Assembly: GCF_006345805.1 (NCBI RefSeq)
Contig: NW_021833267.1
Coordinates: 14,534 to 78,533, forward strand
Direction of reading: 5' to 3'
Length of the DNA stretch: 64,000 nt
Source: Octopus sinensis
Lineage: Eukaryota
Part shown: positions 1-13,392 of the stretch, one piece after another
Layout: each line of letters starts with the position of its first letter
Position numbering within the stretch: the first letter of the stretch is position 1
Notes under the pieces: model-generated
Told to the model about the DNA's origin: nothing
Databases searched by the model: none
What the model saw: the letters and a program-made list of their open reading frames with translations, nothing else
Made by a program: the position numbers and the translations under genes

Positions 1-399
1 TTTCACACACACACACATACATATATAAATATATATACATACACACGTTAATATATTAAAACATAAATACATAGGAGTGTTTAAATACGTGTGTATTCTA
101 CTGCGTACGTATGAGTCTGTATGAGAGAGAGACAGAGTCAGAGACAGAAAGAGACAGAAAGAGACAGAGGGACAGAGAGAGAAAAAGACAGACAGACAGA
201 AACAGAGAGAGTGCTAATGTGCGGCCGTGTGTGCAACAGTGAATGCATGGTTGCACACCTGAATGCTTTCACGGTCCCTCCATTATAGAAATGAATATTC
301 TGTTAAATTTAGCACATTAGCCATTTTGTAATACATATATATTACCATAAAAGCCAAGCAACCCCACGCACACACTTTATATATATAAATATATATATA

Positions 400-628
400 A
401 TATATATGTGTGTGTGTGTGTATATATATGTATGTATATATATATATACTTTTGTCTATATATGTATATATATGTATGCATATACGCAAAGAGAGAAAGA
501 GAATGAGAGAGACACTGATAAATATATGTATTTGTGTATACATATATACTTATACGTTTGTATATTATGTGTATACGCTCACAAACATGCACATGTTATA
601 TACATATATAGACATACATACATGTACG

Positions 629-659
<31 letters not shown>

Positions 660-763
660 TATATATACATATGCAGGCATACACATAATATATATGTGTG
701 AGGTGTGTTTGAGTGAGTATAGGAACGTGTGTGTGCAATGTGTGTTAGAGTTCTCTCTGTGTA

Positions 764-815
<52 letters not shown>

Positions 816-830
816 TGTGCCCGTGTGTGT
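400..830. repeat. Compound (TA)n/(TG)n microsatellite, representative of dozens of such tracts in the window
   Basis: Directly visible dinucleotide runs; explains the Y/I/C/V-rich ORFs in the track. Confidence 0.95.
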
Positions 831-1685
831 GTACACCGAGAGTGGTTATATCGTTAGAGAAACAGGAGTGCCCAGAATATGACATGCAAATCTGAGCAAT
901 ATCCATCCGATTAATTTAGTGTGAAAACCTTCATTGTAATGCATCGCTCCAGCATAGATAACTGCTCCAGCGTAGATAATCCTATCAATTATTGTTATTG
1001 TTTAATAAGCATGTCATAACGTCATGTGATTTCCTGCAACAGATTGCAAACTCTTCAATATATTTTGATAATAATATGTATATATGCATATAAATATATA
1101 TTTGTGTATATGTGCATACATATATATCTATGGATATATGTAATATCTATATATGTATATGCATACATACATGTGTCTATGTGTGTGTCTGTGTGTATGT
1201 TATTATTAAGTTTATTTCAAGATTTCTTGGCAATAGAGAATGAACCGGTTTCTAAACTAGATCAAAGGCTCCCTCATTTGTATTTCAACATCAACAGCAA
1301 GGAATTCTTGTTTGTATATATGTATGTATGTATGTCCTATGTATGTATACTTATGCATATAGTAGCATATCTACACATGCTCATATATATTTAAATGATA
1401 AACTTCTGGAAAGTTTTACAGATTTTTACATTTCTTGTGATGGATTGGAAATTTAGCATTCGAATTAGCTTACTCCTTTCCTGCTTTTGAGAAGCCTAAT
1501 TTCTCAAGATTGGTATTTAAACAATGTGTTACATATCCCAAGGCCACACTAATTACTGGTACAAATTTAAACTTGTAATTTAGATAGAGTAACTCTAGAT
1601 TTCTCAATAGTTCAGCGTACGTGATCTATTTATCACTGATCTGCAGTAAAATTTAAAATGTTTACCATCTAATTTAGTTCCTAGA

Positions 1686-1945
1686 CCAAGGCTTTCCTAT
1701 TTGGAAATGTGTTCTAATGTGCACGATATTTTTAAGTGAATAATAATATTTAAAAATAATAAATAGTATTGGGGTAATAAGAATTATAGAAATTATTATT
1801 ACCAGTGGCCTAGCACAAAAAATAGTCAATAGACTATATATTATTCACATTAAAATATCGTGTACATTAGAACACATTTTGTTTTTTGTGCTAGGCCACT
1901 GGTAATAATAATTCCTATAACTCTTATTACCCTAATATTATTTAT
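1686..1945. repeat. Rearranged repeat unit containing an inverted copy of itself
   Basis: 1765-1878 is the reverse complement of the unit at ~2262-2370. It lies between that unit's left part (1686-1745) and right part (1884-1945). Confidence 0.85.
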
Positions 1946-2231
1946 TATGATTAAATATTTTTTTCGAAATTTTTACCGGCATTCTCTCTGTCGCCGGAAA
2001 TAAACTGCATCGACGCGGTTCTTTTGAAAAAGTAGGATATACAGGCAACTGGTTTACTGGCGAATCTAGTTGTGTGTATATTGACGAAACTAGCCTCAGT
2101 GAATATTTGTTTACGGGAATGAGTTAGAAGCCATAGTCTAGGAATTAAATTAGATGGTAAACGTTTTTAATTTTCAATCCTTTCGAGAATTTATCCATAA
2201 TTAGTGGTTTGAATTACTGCTCTTTCTAGCA

Positions 2232-2370
2232 CAAGGCTTTCCTATTTGGAAGCCACTTAATATGTTCTAATATACACGATAATTTTATGTGAATAATATA
2301 TAGTCTATTGACTATTTTTGTGCTAGGCCACTGGTAATAATTTTTATAATTCTTATTACCCTAATATTAT
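2232..2370. repeat. Unrearranged copy of the 1686-1945 repeat unit
   Basis: Shares caaggctttcctatttgg...gtgaataata...tgtgctaggccactggtaataa...cttattaccctaatatta with 1686-1945. Confidence 0.85.
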
Positions 2371-2377
2371 ATATATA

Positions 2378-2752
2378 TACTAGCAGTATCGCCCGGCGTT
2401 GCTCAGGTTTGTAAGGGAAATAACTATAAAGCATTTTTAGAGAGTTATAGCCAAAAAATAGCAAAAAAATGGAAAAAAAATGATGGTAAATTTTTTTTGA
2501 GAGTTAAAAAAGGTGGAGTTGCGCCCCCTAGACGGTCTGTGGTTTGGGTTTCTGATTCTCGACCCCATGTCGAATTTATCGATTTTTTTCAGAACTGGGG
2601 GAACTTTTCAAAATTTTCGCTGCGTTAGTTTTGAATTATGACATTGGGCTATGTGTGTGTCAAGTTTCATCAGAATCGGTTGAAAGCCGTGGTCAGAGTG
2701 AGGGTACGAGAAAACAGACACACAGAAAACGCACAGACAAACTGCCGTTTAT
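2378..2752 (+). mobile_element. Probable non-autonomous Helitron-like (Lep1/HINE-like) element inserted in (TA)n
   Basis: Starts TACTAGCAGTATCGCCCGGCGTTGCTCAGG and ends ...ACAGACAAACTGCCGTTT(ATAT). (TA)n on both sides, no TIRs, no ORF. Class assigned from recalled resemblance of the termini only. Confidence 0.4.
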
Positions 2753-2789
2753 ATATATATTATATATATATATATATATAATATATATA

Positions 2790-2822
<33 letters not shown>

Positions 2823-3214
2823 TGTATATGTGTATGTATATGTGTGCACACATACACATACATTTTATCGTAGCCTCTGTGAACGTAGCAAAATTTGTTT
2901 ATTCTAGACTATTGACCTCCCATTTTTTTGCTTTTATAAATGAAAAACCACACACATACACACAAACACACACACACACACGAACAAAACAAATATTAAA
3001 CCTTATACTAACCATTTTTATCGGCACTTATGGTTCACCTTGTAATGGTCTGAGAAATTCTTTACCAATATATACATGAAAAGAAAAGCAATTCTCAGTA
3101 TTGATGCGATATATCTCAAGTATATTCAATTACAAGAACAATGGAATCTTCTAGAGAAGCAAATGAAATGAAAGAATCGTTTAAGACACTGGTTAAAATT
3201 TTGATTTCACCTAT

Positions 3215-5060
<1,846 letters not shown>

Positions 5061-6656
5061 CATCTTTGTCGTTTTGTTGATGTTATTGTTTGTCATTTAA
5101 GACATACATCAAGTACTTCCTTTCTTTGAACAAATAATACGTACATCTTGACGGTGTTGTATAGAATTAATTCAAGTCTTTCAATTACGTTCGTGTTTAA
5201 AGCAAAAGCTCAATGTCAAAAGAAAGATGACAGAGAATTACAGAGACCAATACAGGTGTATAGAATAACATACAACATAGATTCTTGGTTTATTAAAATT
5301 GTTTTCGCCTTTAGACGGCGGGTCGTAATTACCAAATGGCAATTAAAATTTAGCTCGAATTGAAGAAGGGTCATAATCTCAAGATTCAAGAGTCACGTCA
5401 AGATAACACACTATTTCAGGAATGAATAACAGTCGGGGACGCATATCTCTGGCTCAGGAGTCGGCATCCACACGAACACGTTCTGACCTTCGCCCCGCTA
5501 TACATAGAGCTTATATAAACAAATAGAATTATATTTATGCCGTAGGTAAGTTGCATTATTGAAGCAGAAATAGGCTAAAACACATAACTCAGAATCGTCA
5601 GTGGCACGTAATATCAAACCAGCAATATCCAACCTCATAAGCCACACACAAGAGCAGATAGCCTCAAACAACCGTATATATTGCAAGCACTAAATTAATG
5701 TTCTTTTCAATATGGATAAGGAAACGAGAGGTAATTGATCATTCAATCTTCGCTTCCAAAGAATCTTTCACCTATTCACAGAATATTATGAAAACGAGAC
5801 TGAACGTATATTATTTAACGCATTTTGTATCATTTCATATATGATCAGAAATAATATTGACAGTGTCGATACCCTTCTCATTACACAAAATATATTGGGA
5901 ACATGAAAGAAGGGATTCATATTTTTTTCCTAGATTTCAGTAGACTTTTTTTTTCATAATCTTGAATCGAAGTATATTCTACGATGTTCTTCTAACATAT
6001 ATATATACACTCTTCATACGACTAAGTATTCAGACATTACATTTTATGCAAACTATTATATTTATTATATATTTATTATATTTTTACACTGTGCTATATT
6101 AAAACAAAATTATACCATTTAATATTGTCTAGCAAAAATATTCTTAAACTAAATACCTACTATATAAAGAAAACACGAGGAGTGTTTGGTTTCTTTATAG
6201 AATATGACATAGTTTAGTTTCAGCTCAGGGGTATCGATATCATGAAATTCCATACGCTTGCAGCTTTAGTATTGGCTTAAAATTTATTTTTTAGATACTA
6301 TATTATACAAAATTAACCATATCGGTGCCACTTTCGTTCTCTCTTTCTAACTCCTTGTGTATTTATATCTTCTATATCTCTCCACATCGTTTTCTTTCTG
6401 TGTATTTCCTCAAAAAAACCTAAACTCTTTTATCTTCCTCAGTCTATTCCTATCTTAACAATGTCAAATTTTCTTAAACAGTTCTTTCTTTATTCCACAC
6501 TTAATAAAATACTCTTGAAATTTTATTTCATTCCACTGTTTATAATGACACTTTTTTCATTGTTTTCAAGAATCGATATTTTTCCTTCAGAAAAAATAAC
6601 AAATATAGTCAGTAGAATTATAAAAAAACAGTCTTTCCCATAATATATATATATAT

Positions 6657-6714
<58 letters not shown>

Positions 6715-7598
6715 ATATAATATATACACCAAACCCGAACACACGCACACTAACACACGAAAACACACATGTCTATATTTATCTATCTATCTATCTATTC
6801 ATTTATTTATCTGTCTCTCTCCTCTATACGATATACATATACTATATACAATATACACACATAAATATAAACATGTATATAGATATAAAGATACATCTTT
6901 GCATGCGTACATACATGTGTATATGTGTATATATAGTATATATATGTGTGTGTGTATATATATATATGTTTGTGTGTCTGTGTGTGGAGGTGTATATATG
7001 CATGTGTATGCGTGAGTATGTGTTTGCACGTATGTGTAAGATTAATATGAACGCATCAACAGCAAGCGAGACGAAAAGTGCTCCACGAATAATATTTTAA
7101 AATATCGTCTTTACTGTTGCTAATATTGTTATAAATAATTTTGTTAAAGAAAAAATAAGTTAAATTAGATTCTATTATATTTTCATCAAAAGAAAAATAA
7201 AATATCGGAAAATGTTGAGTAAAATATATAAATAAAAAAAAGAAAATTATCGCAAATTAAATTTAAGTGGGAAAATATTGTTTTCTGTTTAGTTGAATCA
7301 AATCGCTTTATTTACTTATTTATGTATTTATCTATGTATTTGTTTGTGTGTTTGTTATGTTGTTTGTTTATTTAATGACTTCACATTTATAAGTGTATGA
7401 GATCTTTGAAACAAAAATCTTAAATAGTTATATATATATATATATATATATATAAACATATATATGTATGTGTATATACATATATATATATATGAGTTCA
7501 AAGCAGTATATGTGTATACATATATACATACATACACACACCCACTCACATACACACACCACATATATTTACGTGCATACACGTATATATGGGTACAT

Positions 7599-7644
<46 letters not shown>

Positions 7645-7732
7645 GGTGTGTGTGTAAAAATGTATATATTCTGTGTGATGGAGTATGTTCGTACGCATAT
7701 ATATATTATATATATATATATGTATATATTTG

Positions 7733-7767
<35 letters not shown>

Positions 7768-8579
7768 GGGGGAAGAGAGAGGGAGAGAGAGATAAATAGA
7801 TAGATAGATATACATACATACATGAACCTATGTGGGTGTACGTGTATACTCACATGACCACAAAGTTTCACATTAGCACACACACACGCATACATACACA
7901 CACGCATACATACACACATAAGCACATATAACTAAACAACCAGAAAAAATCTATATTTAGACGGGAATCTATATATGCAAATGATTATCGACGTAGTAAG
8001 TTCTCATAATTTGCATAAGTGTGTACCTACGCCTTTCAATAAACGAATGAATGGAAGAATATGTGTGCGCACGAATGTGAGCGTGAGAGACAACGCCAGG
8101 AAAGAAAGAAACGGTGAGAGCCTGCGTTCATTACCTTTGTTTTACGTCTCTCACAATATATCATTAATTCATTGACAACAGTTTTATTCAATACAAGTGC
8201 GCCTAACATTTCAATAGTTACTGTTTACTGAATGTTCTCTGGTACTACTTTCAGTGTAATTCATTGATATATATGTATTAATTTACCCGGGTGTTTGAGA
8301 TATGGCTGCGATTGTTTTGGTGTATCACTCCGCCATTTTAATCAACCAGTTTCTTGAGAACTATTTGGATACAAAAACATTACCACGTGGGTGTAAGAAT
8401 ACGTAGAAACACAAATGTACATATATTCATTTAAACATTTATATATGTGAAAATAGAGAACGTGGACAGCTTTAGTGCATGAGTTAAGCTCAAAATATAT
8501 AGTCTTACATGAATGTATGTGCCTACGTATACGAACACCCCACAACACACACACACACACATATCTATCTATCTATCTG

Positions 8580-8755
<176 letters not shown>

Positions 8756-8975
8756 TTTGCAGTTTTTATGTCTATGTAAACTTGTAAATTGAAACTCTAT
8801 TTCTATTTAAATCTCTGTATATATTTGAGTATAAACATACTTAAATGCCAGTGTGTGTGTGTGTGTGTGCGTATACGTGTGTGTGTGTGTTTGTATAAGT
8901 CTGTGTGTGTGAGTGTGTATAAGTGTGCGTGTGTATAAGTGTGTGTGTGCATATAAGTGTGTGTGTGTGTTAAAA

Positions 8976-9138
8976 AAATATTTTATATATCAGACGCAAA
9001 GACCCCTCTTCAGAAGAAAAAGAACAGTGGATGCAAAGTCCAGTCATGTAGGGTCAACGGATCCTACATAACTCAACTTTTCTCAGACTGTTCTTTTCCT
9101 CTGAAGACGGGCCTTTGTGCCTGAAATATAAAGGTTTT
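8976..9138. ncRNA. Inverted pair of degenerate hammerhead-like motifs
   Basis: + copy: CTGAAGA(9101-9107) C GGGC CTTTGT GCCT GAAA TAT A AAGG. 8976-9028 is a diverged reverse-complement copy of the same segment. Central hairpin atgtagg/cctacat. Confidence 0.5.
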
Positions 9139-9423
9139 ATTCAACTTTACGCATTGCCAGAAGCTTTTTATTTTCTCTCTTTTTACATACTTCGATATTG
9201 CATTGCTTCAAGCGAATTACGATTGGGATTGCGTTTAAGAATATTTCTAGTAAAACACTGCGTGTATAAGGAAGTTAAACGCACCTCAGGAAACACGGGT
9301 TGCAGAGTAATTTAGAAATGATTAATAAGAATTAAAATAAAATTCAATTGTATCTGGTGATGTATATTAGGATTTGATGAATTGCATGGGGACTTCTATC
9401 TGTAAATAACGTCAAAATGTGAT

Positions 9424-9615
9424 CTCGTGTGTACCGTTGGCGATTTTTTCCTCTGTCTTCCCTTCTCTGGATCTTTCCTTCTCCTATGTTTCCGACGAAA
9501 AGCTCCGCTCGAAACGTTAAGCCCTCCTTCTTTCCTTCTTTCCTGAGCGTCCAGGAATACTATATCTGTTCCACGTTCTCGCGTTGTTGTGTTTTCTTGT
9601 TTGGATTAACTTTAT
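9424..9615 (+). mobile_element. Short hammerhead-bearing element (probable Penelope-like pLTR remnant), ending in (TA)n
   Basis: 9488-9522: GTTT CCGACGAA AAGC TCC GCTC GAAA CGT T AAGC. Shares GAAACGT..TTCCTGAGCGT..AATAC with the 28757 and 46301 elements. Confidence 0.6.
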
Positions 9616-9656
9616 ATATATATAAGCTCTTTATATATATATACTTTATACATATA

Positions 9657-10039
9657 TAAGTACCATATTCATATGGATCTAAATTTTTGCTGAACTTATA
9701 TATATATATATATATATATATAAGTTCAGCAAAAATTTAGATCCAAATGAATATGGTACTTAATTTTTGGATGCACCAGAATTTTGTATGGTGTCATCCA
9801 TATAAATCCGAGGGGTGATTATAATCAAAATAAGCAACAAGAATGACTGCGGTAATTTGGTACGATCGTTTCGTACTGCATCATTTTATTAAATGCTGTA
9901 AGTATTACAACAGTTTTAAAATGCTGAGCACTCATCAGTCAAAAACTGTTGTAATACTTACGACATTTAATAAAATGTTGTAGTACGAAACGATCGTACC
10001 AAATTACCGGAGTCATTCTTGTTGCTTATTTTGATTATA
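9657..10039. mobile_element. Repeat family 'P' copy carrying two fold-back structures
   Basis: 42-bp arms 9657-9698/9721-9762 (1 mismatch) around (TA)n, and ~98-bp arms 9820-9917/9942-10039. Other copies at 14668, 35067 and 51542. Confidence 0.85.
9856..9943 (-). ncRNA. Type I hammerhead ribozyme motif with canonical core
   Basis: Minus strand: TTTGA CTGATGA(9938-9932) GTGCT...AGTAC GAAA CGATCGT A(9861) CCAAA. Stem II GUGCU/AGUAC extends further, helix III is the palindrome ACGATCGT, cleavage triplet GUA, helix I UUUG/CAAA. Confidence 0.65.
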
Positions 10040-10756
10040 TATGAGGGTTGATGTTAACAGCTAGTCCCTCCTCCAAAATTTCTGCCTATAATAGAAAGGA
10101 TTATAACTTGAAATAATACATAGATTTATTACATGTGCATTCTAAAACTATATGCCTTATAATGTATTTTAGCAAACTGTTACCGGTTATGAATGAGCAA
10201 TCAACGTATGTGCATAAAAATACGTAAACAATTGTTGAGAGGCTAATAGTTTAGAAGGCAATATTGCAACCGAGAAAAAATGTAGCTATGCAACGTATTT
10301 CTGGTTATTATATGCTTCCATAGCGTCATCTTTCTTATGAAAGTGTTATTGCATTATTTCCTCCGATTAAACTTCAAATGACAGCAGGCAGGTGGTCGAC
10401 TACCTTCACATGGCAAACATAAATATTCAGTTAAAATACCAGAATTCATAAAATACGCCAACCAACTAACCAGCCAACCAACCAACCGACCAACTATAGT
10501 CAACTATCTAGCTTTCCCCCTCTCTCTCTCTCTCTCACCATCCCGCGCTCTCTCTCACTCACACATGCATACACAGATATATATATATACATATATACAT
10601 AAGAAATGTATAAAGGACAATTGGACAATTACTTGTATAATGAGATTCATTAGCTGTTTTTGCATATGCAGTAATAGCTGAGTCGTAGCTTAGAAAACGA
10701 AAGTGCAATAGTATTTGGGAATGCTTTTATATATATATATAAAAGATCAGCGTCAA

Positions 10757-10780
<24 letters not shown>

Positions 10781-10787
<7 letters not shown>

Positions 10788-10945
10788 TTCCCCTTTTACG
10801 ATCCCTTTTGATCGAAAACCTACGCCACTTTTTTTTTGTTTCTTCTGGTTTTTTTGTTTGTTTTTTTCATCCCACAAAAGAAAAGCTCTACCTTGTAATT
10901 TGTCACATCTGTGTGCAACCTTGTGTGGCCAATAAAGAAACTTAT
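10781..10945 (+). mobile_element. 5'-truncated 3' end of an L1/Tx1-type LINE
   Basis: catcccac..aaaagaaaa..tctac.ttgta.tt.gtc..ctgtgt...cc.tgtgtggc..caataaa aligns with 60460-60547. Flanked by (ATCT)n on both sides. Confidence 0.7.
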
Positions 10946-10948
10946 CTG

Positions 10949-11016
<68 letters not shown>

Positions 11017-11020
11017 CATC

Positions 11021-11600
11021 GCGGCGAGCTGGTAGAAACGTTAGCACGTCGGGCGAAATGCTTACCGGTATTTCCTCTGCCACTACGTTCTGAATTCAAA
11101 TTCCGCCGAGGTCGACCTTGCCTTTCATCCTTTCGGGGCCGATAAATTAAGCACCAGTTACGCACTTGGGTCGATATAATCGACTTACTCCGTTTGGCTG
11201 TCCTTGTTTGTCCTCTCTGTGTTTAGACCCTTGTGGGTAGTAAAAAAATAGGTATTTCTTTAAGTTCTGAGTTCAAATTCCGCCGAGGTCGACTTTGCCT
11301 TTCATCTTTTCGGGTTCGATAAATTTTTACCAGTTACGCACTGGGGTTGATATAATTGACTCAATTCGTTTGTCTGTCCTTGTTTGTCTCCTCTGTGTTT
11401 AGCCCCTTGTGGGTAGTAAAGAAATAGGTATTTCTTCTATCTTTAGGTTCTGATTTTAAATTTCCCCGAGGTTGATTTTGCCTTTCATCCTTTCGGAGTC
11501 GATAAATGAAGTACCAGTCGAGTTTTGGGGTCGATGTAATCGGCTGGCATATCCTCTCCAAAAATTTCGGTTCTTATGCCTACAGTAGAAAAGAATATCT
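11021..11600 (+). mobile_element. Head-to-tail trimer of tRNA-derived SINE family A
   Basis: Head gcggcgagctggtagaaacgttagcac, B-box-like GAGTTCAAATTCC. Units at ~11021, ~11251 and ~11428, joined at GGTATTTC. Confidence 0.85.
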
Positions 11601-11624
11601 ATATATAGTTTACCATTTTTGTGC

Positions 11625-11810
11625 TTCAGTCATTTGGCTACGGCCATACTGGAGTACCGCCTTTAGTCGAACAAATCGACCCCAGGACTTATTCTTTATA
11701 AGCCTAGTATTCTATCGGTCCCTTTTACCGAACCGCTAAGTTACGGGGACGTAATCACACCGACATCGGTTGTCAAGCGATGTTTGGGGGACAAACTCAC
11801 ACACACGCAC
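11625..11810 (-). mobile_element. SINE family B, 3' part
   Basis: cagtcatttggctacggccatactggagtaccgcc...cggttgtcaagcgatg matches 20144-20310. Confidence 0.85.
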
Positions 11811-12789
11811 ACGTTGAAGCAGCGACGTCAAATGGTGGGCGCCAATCTGCTGTGCCGAATCGTCTCCTGCCTATGGGGTGATAAATTATATCTACTATCC
11901 TGTACGCCAAATGCTCTGTTCGACAGGCTTCCGCTCATTTTCCACCTAGAAATACACAACGTACAAGCTTTTTGCCATCGTGAAGCTAGATTAGAAGGAA
12001 AAACATTTTTGCCGTGAAGATTGAACGAACACAAATCCACTCTGTAGCGAAGTGGAATTCGGAACCATGGAACGATTCGTTGAAAATTTTGTTGAGTCAA
12101 TATTCCACGAGTTTTTTTTTTTTTTGGTGGGGGGTTGTATATTTTTTCTTTTTGGCTTGTTTTCTAAAACGCCATCTCATACATCAGACCACACAATTAA
12201 ACTTCTTTGAAATAGAAGACAGGATAAACGATTTAAATTTTCAACCCACCACCTAACAAAAAAAAAATAAAAAAGAGAAAAAAAAAATTAAAACAGTAAA
12301 ACAAATTAAACATAGAAATATATAAAATATGAAAACGAAATGAAAATAGGAGATCTAACATTATTTTTTGTATTATATCCTCTTGTCAATTTAGATTTTC
12401 TATTTACTAAAAATAAGAGCTGTCCACATTTCAACATAACCCGAAAGTACTAACACTTAATTTACGTCGCTATTGTACGTTATCAAAGCTAACTATGTCA
12501 ATAGTTTAACTCTTGTAATCGTAGTTTAAAATCTTCAATACAACAAAAAAAAAATAAATACCGAAAACAAAAGTGAATGAAAATTTTGAAAAGCTATTAA
12601 TTCGTAAAACTGAAGTGTGATTCTCGAAAATTTAGTTCCCCCCCCCCCCACTCAATTACGTGGTCTTGTACAACAAGTACAGCTAGAACAATACCAACAA
12701 CAATACCTACTACTACAAATAATAATGATAACAAAGATAATAATAATAATCCTTTCTACTATACGTACATGGTTGGGGTTTTTCTTTGG

Positions 12790-12968
12790 GGGGGGGGCAA
12801 GGACTAGGCGATCATATCGACCCAAGTGTTTCACTGGTACTTAATTTATCGGCTTCGAAAGGACGAAAGGCAAATTCAACCTCGGCCAAATTTGAACTCA
12901 GAACGTAACAACAGGGGAAATACCACTAGGCGTTTTACCCGGCGTGCTAACGATTCTGCCAGTGCGCC
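12790..12968 (-). mobile_element. SINE family A copy (tail type 2)
   Basis: Reverse complement gives ggcgcactggcagaatcgttagcacgccgg...gagttcaaatttggccgagg..gtaccagtgaaacacttgggtcgat. Confidence 0.8.
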
Positions 12969-12970
12969 GA

Positions 12971-13039
<69 letters not shown>

Positions 13040-13043
<4 letters not shown>

Positions 13044-13260
13044 ACGTGACACTGCCCCAAAGATTCGCAATTCTAAGGAAAACCTGAAAATAATTGGCAA
13101 AATCCGCCTTGCACTTAAGGATATAATTTCAGCTAATGATGTTGATATTAGAGAAATCAGCCACCTGAAAATCCACGAAAATCTCATTGATTCTATGTGG
13201 TGAAAAGATTACAAAACGACAACATTCCCACAAATTAGCCTGCTTGACGAGAGCGAATAG
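13040..13260 (+). mobile_element. Possible N-terminal fragment of an R4/Dong-like RLE LINE ORF, directly after (TAA)n
   Basis: Translates to ERDTAPKIRNSKENLKIIGKIRLALKDIISANDVDIREISHL; weak recalled resemblance to the pre-RT region of this clade. Confidence 0.35.
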
Positions 13261-13351
13261 AGTACAAAATTCAGCTACTTAGGTCCGACATAGAATGTTT
13301 CAAAAACCTTAAGTTTAACAAGATTATCAAACTGATAAAAATCCGAAAATT

Positions 13352-13391
<40 letters not shown>

Positions 13392-13392
<1 letters not shown>

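Noticed and set aside
5410-5690. Host exon (acceptor at ~5419, donor GTAAGT at 5546) or the 62-aa minus-strand ORF
   Set aside because: All three plus-strand frames between the sites contain stops, and neither peptide is recognisable.
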